Assembly (NCBI GenBank): GCA_016181585.1
Contig: JACOYX010000016.1
Span: 32,467 to 96,466 of the forward strand
Length of the DNA: 64,000 nucleotides
Source: Candidatus Sungiibacteriota bacterium
Lineage (GTDB): Bacteria; Patescibacteriota; Minisyncoccia; Sungbacterales; HO2-52-23
Reading direction: 5' to 3'
The position numbers and the translations under genes are program-made. Shown in pieces: positions 53,578-62,502 of the stretch (position 1 is the stretch's first letter; each line of letters begins with the position of its first letter). Under the pieces are notes generated by a model. It saw nothing but the letters and a program-made list of their open reading frames with translations, searched no databases and was not told where the DNA came from.

Positions 53578-53931
53578 TTACTGCTGTACTACTTCAGATT
53601 TTTCTGCAAGAGCTTGGGCGCGATTATCTGCCCTTGTTCCGAGTATCGCGCATAGCGCTACGAATGCAAGAACATACACTGCGTGATAAAATTCATGATT
53701 TCCCGTGTCTTCGGTAAAATAGGTTAGCATAACCCCAGCCAAAGCCACTCCGGCAAAAAAGCTGAAATCCTCGATTTTTACTGTCAATGGGGTTTTGGTC
53801 ATGCAGGAAATCGCAACCCCGAATACAGATATAATATAAAATAGATACGCAACCGATGCATTCAACGCATGCGGTCCATACAGTCCGATTAAATAGAAAA
53901 CGAAATAAAGAACTAGTCCATTGAGCCTCAT
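53578..53931 (-). CDS. Hypothetical 117-aa membrane protein
   Basis: Four hydrophobic helices. GGAGGA precedes the ATG. Confidence 0.55.
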   Translation of the reverse strand: MRLNGLVLYFVFYLIGLYGPHALNASVAYLFYIISVFGVAISCMTKTPLTVKIEDFSFFAGVALAGVMLTYFTEDTGNHEFYHAVYVLAFVALCAILGTRADNRAQALAEKSEVVQQ

Positions 53932-53954
53932 TTTTCCTCCTCACTTATTATGTT

Positions 53955-54521
53955 ATGCCAAATAAACTACAAATAATTTATACACCAAATTCAATATTGC
54001 GTCAAGAAGCACAAGATGTTGCCGTTGACCAGATCAAGAGCAAGAAAATCCAATCGCTTATTGTAAATATGAAAGAAACTTTGAAAGTTACCCCCGACGG
54101 GGTCGGTCTTGCCGCACCACAAGTAAATGAATCTTTGCGTATTTTCATCGTTTCGGAAGAGGCTGAAGAGATCGACAGGTTAGAGCTTAAAAAACAAGCC
54201 GCTAAAGGCGTTGAATCGGAAGATGTTGATTCTTATGAGCATAGAGAGTGGAAATACTATGTTTTTATCAATCCCATAGTCAAAAAGACCGCTAAGCGAA
54301 AGCTTTCCGGCACCGAAGGATGTCTTTCCGTACCCGGGAAATTCGGCTCGCTTGCTAGGCAGGAAAAAATTATCGTTGAGGCCTACAACGAGCATGGGAA
54401 AAAATTTACCCGCGGAGCAACGCGTTTTTTTGCACGCGTGCTACAGCACGAGCTCGACCATCTGGAGGGAATACTTTTTATTGACAAAGCCGAAGAACTT
54501 TTTAATTCCGATAAATCTTAG
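53955..54521 (+). CDS. def: Peptide deformylase
   Basis: GVGLAAPQV, EGCLSVPG and HELDHL motifs. Confidence 0.9.
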   Translation: MPNKLQIIYTPNSILRQEAQDVAVDQIKSKKIQSLIVNMKETLKVTPDGVGLAAPQVNESLRIFIVSEEAEEIDRLELKKQAAKGVESEDVDSYEHREWKYYVFINPIVKKTAKRKLSGTEGCLSVPGKFGSLARQEKIIVEAYNEHGKKFTRGATRFFARVLQHELDHLEGILFIDKAEELFNSDKS

Positions 54522-54575
54522 ACAGTTTCTTGGCTTATTTTCCACTTGGAAGCTAAGCTTCCAAGTAAAATTTAT

Positions 54576-55535
54576 ATGCAGAACATAAAGCAAATAAAAA
54601 TAATTTTTATCGGAACGCCGCAGTTTGCGGTTCCTGCACTTGAAGCATTGCTACAAGCCGGTTTAAACGTGGTTGGCGTAGTCACCCGCCCCGATGAACC
54701 GGTGGGCCGTGAACAAATTATAACTCCGCCTCCGGTAAAAGTTGCCGCAAAAAAATACGCCATTCCCGTCTTCCAGCCGGAAACGCTTGCAATTGAATCA
54801 TGGGCTGCCGAACTTCCGTCTGCGGATTGTTTCGTTGTGGCGGCTTATGGCAAGTTGATTCCTGCTTCTGTCGTCGAACTTCCCCGTTTTGGCGCGATCA
54901 ATATTCACCCCTCGCTTCTTCCGCACCTCCGCGGGCCCTCGCCTATACAATACGCAATTCTTCGCGGCGAAGCAGAAACAGGGGTTTCTATCATGCAGAT
55001 TGATAAGCTGCTGGATCATGGGCCTATTTTTGCCCAGACAATAATTTCACTTCGCGAAAAAATAGGATATAAAGCACTGCACGACGTGCTTGCGACAGAA
55101 GGCGCACGACTTCTTGTTGAAACACTTCCGAAAATATTTTCTGGAGCCCTTTCGTCCATACCGCAAAATGATGATCAAGCAACGTATTCAAAAATTTTAA
55201 AAAAAGATGACGGCAGGGTAAATTGGACGCGCCCCGCGGAAGAAATTGAGCGGATGGTGCGTGCTTTTGAACAGTGGCCGGGAAGCTGGACGCTCTGGCC
55301 GACCGAAAAACAAATTTATCGCATTCGTATTGAGGAGGCAAGCATAAGCGAGAATGAGCCTCCTCATGGCTCTCCCGGCCATGTGTGGCAGGAGCAGGGC
55401 GTATCTTATCCCTTTGTCAAAACCGGCCGCGGAAGCTTGGTGATAAAAAAACTTACGGCAGGCGGGAAAAAAGCGGTGGATGCACGTGAATTTCTCCGCG
55501 GCTATCCGCAATTTATCGGAACCACGCTGATTTAG
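54576..55535 (+). CDS. fmt: Methionyl-tRNA formyltransferase
   Basis: IIFIGTPQFAVPAL, INIHPSLLPHLRGPSPIQ. Confidence 0.9.
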   Translation: MQNIKQIKIIFIGTPQFAVPALEALLQAGLNVVGVVTRPDEPVGREQIITPPPVKVAAKKYAIPVFQPETLAIESWAAELPSADCFVVAAYGKLIPASVVELPRFGAINIHPSLLPHLRGPSPIQYAILRGEAETGVSIMQIDKLLDHGPIFAQTIISLREKIGYKALHDVLATEGARLLVETLPKIFSGALSSIPQNDDQATYSKILKKDDGRVNWTRPAEEIERMVRAFEQWPGSWTLWPTEKQIYRIRIEEASISENEPPHGSPGHVWQEQGVSYPFVKTGRGSLVIKKLTAGGKKAVDAREFLRGYPQFIGTTLI

Positions 55536-55657
55536 CGGCTGGGGATAAACATTCCTGAAAAGAAGTTGGAAAAGGCATATAATAGAAAGCGTTAAGCTAA
55601 AAGGTCGAGTGGTCATAAGGTCTTTTGGTTACTATAATATAATTATTAGCATATCAC

Positions 55658-56053
55658 ATGAATCCTAAACAATTTCTTACTCTAGGCGGAATAGTGCTCG
55701 CGCTTGTGGGCATTCTTGGAATGATCGGCATTCTTGGGCCTACGGCAGATCAGAGTATATTTGGCTCATCATGGTGGTTCGATGCAGGTGAAAACTGGGC
55801 GCACTTGGTACTCGGTATCGTAGCGCTCATTGCCGCGTTTGCTTTTGGCTCCGGTTTTCAGTCAATCATTGCCATGCTGGTGGGTGTCGTTGGTATTATT
55901 ATCGGCCTTCTTGGTTTTTTTCTTGGAAGTGACACGATGTTTAATTTTTACGGCCTTGCAAATCTTGAAAATCCCCTTGATAACATCTTGCACCTTGCGG
56001 TCGGCGCATGGGCGCTGATTGCATGGTGGAAAGTGAAATCCGGAGGAATGTAA
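55658..56053 (+). CDS. Small 4-TM membrane protein
   Basis: 131 aa of Gly/Ile/Leu-rich helices. The terminator at 56072-56107 follows. Confidence 0.6.
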   Translation: MNPKQFLTLGGIVLALVGILGMIGILGPTADQSIFGSSWWFDAGENWAHLVLGIVALIAAFAFGSGFQSIIAMLVGVVGIIIGLLGFFLGSDTMFNFYGLANLENPLDNILHLAVGAWALIAWWKVKSGGM

Positions 56054-56071
56054 TTGTTTTTACGATTACGA

Positions 56072-56107
56072 AAAATCGTTCCGCACAGCGCGGAACGATT
56101 TTTATTT
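56072..56107 (+). terminator. Intrinsic terminator
   Basis: 13-bp stem AAAATCGTTCCGC / GCGGAACGATTTT followed by a T-run. Confidence 0.8.
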
Positions 56108-56110
56108 TAT

Positions 56111-56127
56111 GGGTCTGTTGCCGAATA
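56111..56127. repeat. Repeat family M, solo left arm (GGGTCTGTTGCCGAATA)
   Basis: It matches the terminal repeat of the 11.5-kb and 18.0-kb elements. I see no matching right arm nearby. Confidence 0.6.
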
Positions 56128-56226
56128 GCCTACGTCGCGAAGTTGCAGAAATTCGGAGACGGGGCGATTTCGCTGCTACGAAATAAACCTCGCGTCTGGC
56201 AGGCAAATACTCACACAAACTATGCG

Positions 56227-56301
56227 GTCTAAAACCTGACATGGTCCGTACCGTTCGGTACGAACGGTCTGGGACTGATCGACCGTTTAATGCCTATCTA
56301 G
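56227..56301. repeat. Repeat family R, copy b
   Basis: GTCTAAAACCTGACATGGTCCGTACCGTTCGGTACGAACGGTCTGGGAC... is collinear with 912-984. Confidence 0.8.
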
Positions 56302-56415
56302 ATAGATACTTCGTATAATCGGTTCACTCGGTGAATGTAAAAGTATGCTTTTACATTCATCTCCCTGCCAATGATAAGCCAAGAAATTTTTTGAAAAATT
56401 CTTTTGTTTCCTTGA

Positions 56416-56474
56416 GCAAAAGCCGGGGAAATTTTACGCTTCGCATGGGAATACCCGGCTTCGCTAAATTTCCC
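56416..56474. repeat. Repeat family U, copy 2
   Basis: GCCGGGGAAATTTTACGCTTCGCATGGGAATACCCGGCTTCGCTAAATTTCCC. It also forms a GGGAAATTT/AAATTTCCC hairpin. Confidence 0.65.
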
Positions 56475-56613
56475 GCGAATCACTATTATGATTAGCCAGA
56501 ATTTATGGAATTATAGCTCATAAGCGGTATTCGGCAGGAGACCCATTAATCAAAGAACAATAACCAAACTCTAGAATTTGACTAAGTGCTATTAATATTA
56601 TATCATATTTCTT

Positions 56614-57540
56614 ATGGCGACTTCGGCTATCACTTTGCAAAATATTAAAAAAATATATGCAACCGGCGTCTCGGCGCTGAAAGGGATTTATCTTGATATT
56701 CCCGAAGGAGATTGTTTTGCGCTTCTCGGACCCAATGGCGCGGGTAAAACCACCATTATCGGTATTATTTCCGGTTTGGTAGAAAAGACTGAAGGCGAGG
56801 TGCATGTCTTTGATTTAAATATCGACGAGCACCCCGAGGAAGCGCGCGCTTGCATTGGCGTCGTGCCGCAAGAATTTAATTTTAACATTTTTGAAAACTG
56901 CATTGACATTGTGGTAAACCAAGCGGGATACTACGGCATTCCCCGCAAAAAAGCATTTGAAAGAACGGAATGGGCTTTTAAAGAGCTCGGACTTTGGGAA
57001 AAACGCAATGTGCCGTCGCGCACCCTTTCCGGCGGCATGAAGCGGCGTCTCTTGATAGCACGCGCTCTTGTGCACGATCCCAAAATACTTATTTTAGACG
57101 AACCAACGGCAGGGGTGGATATCGAGCTTCGCCGGAGCATGTGGGAGTTTATCCGCTCGCTGATCAATCGCGGCGTTACTATTATTCTCACCACCCACTA
57201 TCTAGAAGAAGCGGAGAGCTTGTGCAAAAATGTCGCTATTATCAATAAAGGGGAAATAGTTGAATCAGGCTCCATGAAATCTCTGCTTTCGCGAATGAAA
57301 TCCGAAGCATTTATTATTTATACCGCAAAACCTCTGCCGGAAGGTGTGGCAAAAAATCTTCTCCCTTTTGACACAGTGCCTGTCGATTCTACAACACTCG
57401 AAGTAAATATTCGCGAACACGAATCGCTTCATTCTTTTTTGCGCTTGCTCGATCTTCAGGAAATTGAAATCGTGAGTATGAAAAATAAAACTAATCGGCT
57501 TGAGGAAATTTTTGTAAATTTAATAGCCCAAAACAAATGA
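56614..57540 (+). CDS. ABC transporter ATP-binding protein (ABC-2 type)
   Basis: GPNGAGKTT, LSGGMKRRL and ILILDEPT. Confidence 0.9.
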   Translation: MATSAITLQNIKKIYATGVSALKGIYLDIPEGDCFALLGPNGAGKTTIIGIISGLVEKTEGEVHVFDLNIDEHPEEARACIGVVPQEFNFNIFENCIDIVVNQAGYYGIPRKKAFERTEWAFKELGLWEKRNVPSRTLSGGMKRRLLIARALVHDPKILILDEPTAGVDIELRRSMWEFIRSLINRGVTIILTTHYLEEAESLCKNVAIINKGEIVESGSMKSLLSRMKSEAFIIYTAKPLPEGVAKNLLPFDTVPVDSTTLEVNIREHESLHSFLRLLDLQEIEIVSMKNKTNRLEEIFVNLIAQNK

Positions 57541-58310
57541 CCAGATATGAAAAATGGATCGCATATAGCACCATTGCGCGAAAAGAAATTACGCGGTTTT
57601 TACGTATATGGACGCAAACCCTTATTCCGCCGGTTATCACGTCACTGCTCTACTACTTGATTTTCGGCGCTTTTATCGGCTCGCAGGTATCCGCTATCCG
57701 AGGTGTTACCTATATGCAATTTCTGGTACCTGGTTTGGTGATGATGGCAGTCATCAACAATGCCTACACCAATGTCTCAAGTTCCTTTTTTAGCTCGAAA
57801 TTCATGAAAAACTACGAGGAAATACTCGTCTCCCCCACGCCGCCATGGATTATCGTGGCAGGCTATGTAACCGGCGGCGTGGCGCGAAGCGTTATCGTCG
57901 GGCTTATCACACTCGCCATCGGCCTTTTTTTCACGCATCTCTCGGTTTACAACATTACCATTATTGTCGCCTTTATTTTGCTCACCGCACTGCTTTTTTC
58001 GGTGGCAGGACTTTTTAATGCGCTTTTCGCTAAAAATTTTGATGACATCGGCATTATTCCGATATTTGTTTTAACACCACTGACGTATTTGGGCGGAGTA
58101 TTTTATTCAATTGAAGCACTCTCCCCTTTCTGGCGCACTCTTTCGCAGTTTAATCCCATCCTCTACCTGATTAACGGCTTTCGTTACGGGTTTTTAGGGT
58201 TTTCCGATGTAAATGTTTGGATCAGTTTCGGCATTCTTATTGCTTCAACGGCAATATTTACCTTCACTGCCTGCTATTTGTTTAAACGAGGATATGGATT
58301 GAAAAGTTAA
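57537..58310 (+). CDS. ABC-2 type transporter permease
   Basis: Six TM helices. The start overlaps the ATPase stop by 4 nt. Confidence 0.8.
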   Translation: MTRYEKWIAYSTIARKEITRFLRIWTQTLIPPVITSLLYYLIFGAFIGSQVSAIRGVTYMQFLVPGLVMMAVINNAYTNVSSSFFSSKFMKNYEEILVSPTPPWIIVAGYVTGGVARSVIVGLITLAIGLFFTHLSVYNITIIVAFILLTALLFSVAGLFNALFAKNFDDIGIIPIFVLTPLTYLGGVFYSIEALSPFWRTLSQFNPILYLINGFRYGFLGFSDVNVWISFGILIASTAIFTFTACYLFKRGYGLKS

Positions 58311-58370
58311 AGTACGGCCATGCTTTTCTCTGTTTTTTGTGATAGTATAGGAGCACGAGGAGATGTAGAA

Positions 58371-58529
58371 ATGACTGATAAAGATAATAAAAATAGTGAT
58401 TCAGCGAGTATTAGCTCCTTAATTTTTATCGTCGTCGTGTTTGCACTTTTTATTTCCGTAATTATTTGGACATGCGGTGCGCCACAGCCACCGCCCGAAG
58501 GAACGCAATTTTTCTTCGGAGTAAACTAA
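58371..58529 (+). CDS. Hypothetical 52-aa single-TM protein
   Basis: GGAG precedes ATG 58371. It has a hydrophobic core LIFIVVVFALFISVIIW. Confidence 0.35.
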   Translation: MTDKDNKNSDSASISSLIFIVVVFALFISVIIWTCGAPQPPPEGTQFFFGVN

Positions 58530-58548
58530 TGCATTAAAGGAGGGGAAA

Positions 58549-58749
58549 ATGAGTGCGGGGAATCGGGTACAAACACGGTCGGGAGGGATAGGCTTCGTGT
58601 TTGCATGGAGCCTGCAAGGCGTTGTCTTAGTAAGCCATACGGCGATCGGCACACCTCCCAATTGGGCTCGCAAGCGCGCCCAATGGCTCGCCGAAAAAAT
58701 CCTGCGCAATCGCTTTTGCGCGGGAAATAAAAAAACAATGGAAAAGTAA
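58549..58749 (+). CDS. Hypothetical 66-aa protein
   Basis: Strong AAGGAGGGG SD 4 nt before the ATG. Confidence 0.5.
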   Translation: MSAGNRVQTRSGGIGFVFAWSLQGVVLVSHTAIGTPPNWARKRAQWLAEKILRNRFCAGNKKTMEK

Positions 58750-58781
58750 AAAGATAGAACAGCTTCGACTGTTCCGATAAC

Positions 58782-58809
58782 AAAAGGACTCCCAATAAGG
58801 AGTCCTTTT
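58782..58809. terminator. Bidirectional terminator
   Basis: AAAAGGACTCC-CAATAA-GGAGTCCTTTT. Confidence 0.75.
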
Positions 58810-58836
58810 TCAGTATTAGACCTACTTATTTTTTAT

Positions 58837-59301
58837 TCATTTTTTTCGCCGGTCACCCAAAACCTCTTCAGCATGCTCCGCGGGCTTCACCTCCTCATAT
58901 ATTTTGGCGATATTGCCTTTGGGATCGATCAAAAACGATTGCCGCTTTGTGCCCATATATTCCCTCCCCATAAATTTCTTTTTTCCCCATGTGCCGTACA
59001 TTTTTACCACCTCCTTTTTTTCATCTGCAAGCAGGGTAAACGGAAGCTGATACTTCGTCTCAAATTTTTTATGCGACGCGGTGGAATCCACGCTTACTCC
59101 CAAAACATCGGTCTTAACATCTTTAAATCCGGAAAAATTGTCGCGGATCGCGCATGCCTCTTTAGTGCATCCGGTTGTGTCATCCTTCGGATAAAAATAT
59201 AAAAGGATCCACTTGCCGCGATAATCGGCGAGCGAATGCTGTTTGCCGTTTTGATCCGGAAGTGAAAATTCCGGAGCTTTCATGCCAACGGTGAGTTTCA
59301 T
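58837..59301 (-). CDS. bcp: Peroxiredoxin Bcp (thiol peroxidase, AhpC/TSA family)
   Basis: FYPKDDTTGCTKEAC active-site motif. Confidence 0.85.
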   Translation of the reverse strand: MKLTVGMKAPEFSLPDQNGKQHSLADYRGKWILLYFYPKDDTTGCTKEACAIRDNFSGFKDVKTDVLGVSVDSTASHKKFETKYQLPFTLLADEKKEVVKMYGTWGKKKFMGREYMGTKRQSFLIDPKGNIAKIYEEVKPAEHAEEVLGDRRKK

Positions 59302-59355
59302 AGTTGTGTGTGTTAAGCTAAGAAAAGTCCCGAATAATTCGGGACAATATAAAAT

Positions 59356-59742
59356 TTATTTACCACTTGAACCCTGTTCTCGCATACGTTTTATTTCCCT
59401 ATGCGCGTGGACAAGAAGAGCGATAACTTTTTCAAGTTTTTTTTCCCCATTAAAAAACTTCTTCATTATCGATAAAATTTCATCCTCAAGGCTGTCAAGC
59501 ACTGCTAATATTTCTTCTCCTTCAGGAGTTTTATTTAACTGCGCAACCATATAACGCCACTGAGGATTCTCCATCACATTATCTGTTAAGTTTAAATCCC
59601 CGCGTGATTTTTCTATGATTCCTCCAACCGCAGCAACTTCTTTTTCTATTTCCTCTTCCTCTTTTAAAAATTCTTGTGTTTCTGGCGGCACCATAATAAA
59701 CTTCCCCCCTTCTAAATTGTTCCCTGTTTTTTCTATGTTCAT
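59356..59742 (-). CDS. Hypothetical 128-aa acidic protein
   Basis: ORF with coding-like composition. No recognised motif. Confidence 0.5.
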   Translation of the reverse strand: MNIEKTGNNLEGGKFIMVPPETQEFLKEEEEIEKEVAAVGGIIEKSRGDLNLTDNVMENPQWRYMVAQLNKTPEGEEILAVLDSLEDEILSIMKKFFNGEKKLEKVIALLVHAHREIKRMREQGSSGK

Positions 59743-59826
59743 CGCATTAAAATGATCTTCTGTGATTATATATCTATTAACTAAAAATACAATAGTAAAT
59801 TACTATATCTCTTTCCATACAACATC

Positions 59827-60360
59827 TTATTTTTTCGGCGCACGGGATAAATTGATAACCGTCACAATCGAACCGTTTGGGATAAAATAAAGCTTTCCCT
59901 GGTCATCGCGAAGCACGGTCGAACGCACGGTCATACGCGCTACTACCCCTTCGGCATTGCCGATTTGCACCATGTCTCCAATGTTATATTGATTTTCAAA
60001 AAGAATCAAAAGTCCCGCGATAAAATCTTTAACCAACGACTGCGCACCGAAACCCACTGCAAGTCCCACAATACCAGCTCCCGCCAAAATTGGCGTAGTA
60101 TCAAAACCAAAAAATCGCAAACCCAAGAGAATAATGATGAAATAGAGCACTACATCCCCCATTGCCGTCAAAACTCCGGCCAAAGTTGCCGCACGGCGCC
60201 TTCCGGTGCTTCCATGGCTCACTAGTTTTTTTACTACTTCATGAAAAAGGCTTTTGAAAATGAGAAGTAACACCAAAACCGCGGCTATTTTCCAGCCATA
60301 CGATACAACACGCTCTGCATTAAAAATATCAGTGAATATTTCCACGTGTGCATTATACAA
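59827..60360 (-). CDS. Small-conductance mechanosensitive channel (MscS family, short form)
   Basis: Three TM helices followed by NIGDMVQIGNAEGVVARMTVRSTVLRDDQGKLYFIPNG. The start codon is uncertain (TTG at 60360). Confidence 0.75.
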   Translation of the reverse strand: MYNAHVEIFTDIFNAERVVSYGWKIAAVLVLLLIFKSLFHEVVKKLVSHGSTGRRRAATLAGVLTAMGDVVLYFIIILLGLRFFGFDTTPILAGAGIVGLAVGFGAQSLVKDFIAGLLILFENQYNIGDMVQIGNAEGVVARMTVRSTVLRDDQGKLYFIPNGSIVTVINLSRAPKK

Positions 60361-60436
60361 TTATAAAAAGATTATGGCAAATTAACTGTGCACAAAACCG
60401 CTTGTGCCAAATACCCCGCTCAAGTAGAATTGTTAT

Positions 60437-61537
60437 ATGGAATCTGTGCGAGATTTTATTCTTTCCATAGGGTGGCCTATTTTATTGCTGGGAAGCGTTT
60501 ATATTGTCGGCGTTTCAATCCGATTTTGGCGTAAAATGGAAAAGGGTGTAGTGGGACGGCTTGTTTTGGGAATGGTTGTCGGGTGGCTCCTTACCATGTA
60601 TTCCCTAGGCATCACCGCAACCGCTTACATGTTTACCGATATTGAAAACGGCGTGCCTATCGTGCTTCCTGTGTTCATTGTCTGGTTCATTACCATGGTG
60701 ATCATTGTGTGGAGCGTTATACGCTGGAGTAAAGAGGCGGCCACACTTAATGCATTTTATCGCGGTTTGGAAGATCTCATAAAAAAACGCACGGCAGAAC
60801 TTGAGAAAACATATACCATCCAGTTAAAAAAAGAACAGGAAATACGGGAACTTCGCGAAAAATTCGTATCAATCGCGGCGCATGAATTGAGAACCCCAGT
60901 GACTGCCATCGAGTGGGGACTTGCAACGATCGTTGAGGATGAAAAACTCAAAGCCATATTGCCGCCGGATTATCTGGTGCTTCTGCAGGATCTTCGCACC
61001 AAAAATCAAAACCTGCTTGACTTGATTGTGGATATTTTAAAACTCGCCCGCGTGCAAAGTGGCGAAAAGATATTTGAAAACGAACCGGTTTCCATTCGCA
61101 AAATTATTGAAGAAATACGGGATATGGTAGCGAAAAAGGCGGGGGAAAGCAAAGTTTCGCTTTCCTGGCCGATTCTTGAAACCAAGCTCCCCGATATCAA
61201 GGCGCATCCGATATATTTAAAAGAGGTGCTTGTTAATTTGGTGGTAAACGCAATCCGCTACAACAAACCAAACGGGTGGGTGCGGGTGGAAGCGGAATTA
61301 AAAGCTGGAGAGATTGCCATACTGGTGAAAGACGGCGGTATCGGTATGGATGCGGCTGAAATGAAGAATTTATTTAAAGAATTTTACCGTGTAAAAAATG
61401 AGAAAACAAAAAATATCGACGGCACCGGACTCGGACTTTTTATTTCTCGCCAGCTTATTGAACGCATGGGCGGAACAATTTCCGTAGTTTCCGAAAAAGA
61501 CAAAGGAACCGAATTCACTATTTCTCTTAAACGATAA
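60437..61537 (+). CDS. Sensor histidine kinase
   Basis: N-terminal TM helices, H-box AAHELRTPVTAI, N-box VVNAIRYN, and G-boxes DGGIGM and GTGLGLFISRQLIE. Confidence 0.85.
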   Translation: MESVRDFILSIGWPILLLGSVYIVGVSIRFWRKMEKGVVGRLVLGMVVGWLLTMYSLGITATAYMFTDIENGVPIVLPVFIVWFITMVIIVWSVIRWSKEAATLNAFYRGLEDLIKKRTAELEKTYTIQLKKEQEIRELREKFVSIAAHELRTPVTAIEWGLATIVEDEKLKAILPPDYLVLLQDLRTKNQNLLDLIVDILKLARVQSGEKIFENEPVSIRKIIEEIRDMVAKKAGESKVSLSWPILETKLPDIKAHPIYLKEVLVNLVVNAIRYNKPNGWVRVEAELKAGEIAILVKDGGIGMDAAEMKNLFKEFYRVKNEKTKNIDGTGLGLFISRQLIERMGGTISVVSEKDKGTEFTISLKR

Positions 61538-61546
61538 TCAAAAGAT

Positions 61547-61612
61547 ATACTTACTTATTAAAGATTTTCATCACGAAATTAGAAAAATTGTCTTTAATTA
61601 GTAGGTCTAATA
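61547..61612. repeat. Repeat family S, copy 3, ending 3 nt before the response-regulator start codon
   Basis: ATACTTACTTATTAAAGATTTTCATCACGAAATT...TCTTTAATTAGTAGGTCTAATA forms an imperfect hairpin with the TTTTCATCACGAAA core. Confidence 0.65.
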
Positions 61613-61615
61613 GCC

Positions 61616-61999
61616 ATGCCCAACAAAAAAATTATATTTCTTTTGGAAGACGATGAGGCTTTTACCGTTATTTTCCGCCGATGGCTTGAGGAAGCCAACT
61701 ACCGCGTCATAACGGCAAAAACCTTAGAAGAAGCAAAAAAACTCGCCGAAAATGAATCCCCTTCGCTTTTTTGGCTCGATTATTATCTGGGTGAAAACAA
61801 CGGAAACGGCATGGAATTCTTTCATTGGCTTAAAACACAAGAGCGTTTTAAGGGTATACCGACTATTATGGTTTCTATCACCATAGATATGGAAAAACTG
61901 AAAGAATTCGAAGAACAAGGTATCCACAAAACATTTTCAAAAACAGAAACCGACCGCAAGGCGATATTGGAGTATATTAAGGAAACGGTAGGTGAATAG
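61616..61999 (+). CDS. Receiver-domain-only response regulator (CheY-like)
   Basis: IIFLLEDDE, LFWLDYYL (the phospho-acceptor Asp region), and 127 aa with no output domain. Confidence 0.8.
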   Translation: MPNKKIIFLLEDDEAFTVIFRRWLEEANYRVITAKTLEEAKKLAENESPSLFWLDYYLGENNGNGMEFFHWLKTQERFKGIPTIMVSITIDMEKLKEFEEQGIHKTFSKTETDRKAILEYIKETVGE

Positions 62000-62016
62000 C
62001 GAGTTTTTGCTGTTTT

Positions 62017-62493
62017 CTATTCCGTGTGGCGCAGATGATACGCCGCAATGCCAAAAGCCACCGCTACATTAAGTGACTCTTTGCTCCCATGCATGGGAAT
62101 CTCTAAAATTTTATCCGCGCGCTTGAGAAGCGCGCGAGAAATTCCGGTGCGCTCATGCCCCGCAACAAGCGCCGTTTTTTCCCATTCTTCATCGGTAAAA
62201 TGGACTGTATAATATGGCATTGAATTTCTGTCCTGTTCCAGGGCATAAATGCGGTAACCCTCTTTTTTAAGACGAGCCAAAAGTCCGGCGCAAGACCGGA
62301 CTTTTTCCCACAGGAGTGTTTGTTCCGCTCCTAGAGACACTTTGGTAAATTTTTCAACAGGCTTTCCTAAGGAGTCAACGGGAGAAGGAGTAATGCCGCA
62401 AAGATATATTTTTTCAATCCCCGCTCCATTCGCCGTTCTAAAAATCGAACCGACATTATGTATACTGCGAATGTTATAAAGTATGGCGATCAT
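62017..62493 (-). CDS. SpoU/TrmH-family RNA 2'-O-methyltransferase
   Basis: NVGSIFRTANGAG, LVAGHERTGIS and IPMHGSKESLNVAVA match the SPOUT motifs. Confidence 0.8.
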   Translation of the reverse strand: MIAILYNIRSIHNVGSIFRTANGAGIEKIYLCGITPSPVDSLGKPVEKFTKVSLGAEQTLLWEKVRSCAGLLARLKKEGYRIYALEQDRNSMPYYTVHFTDEEWEKTALVAGHERTGISRALLKRADKILEIPMHGSKESLNVAVAFGIAAYHLRHTE

Positions 62494-62502
62494 AGTGGTT
62501 TC

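Noticed and set aside
56008-56483. Track ORFs of 74 aa (plus strand) and 61 aa (minus strand)
   Set aside because: They sit inside the repeat patchwork, overlapping a terminator and copies of the R and U families. They have no SD, and their composition is not coding-like.
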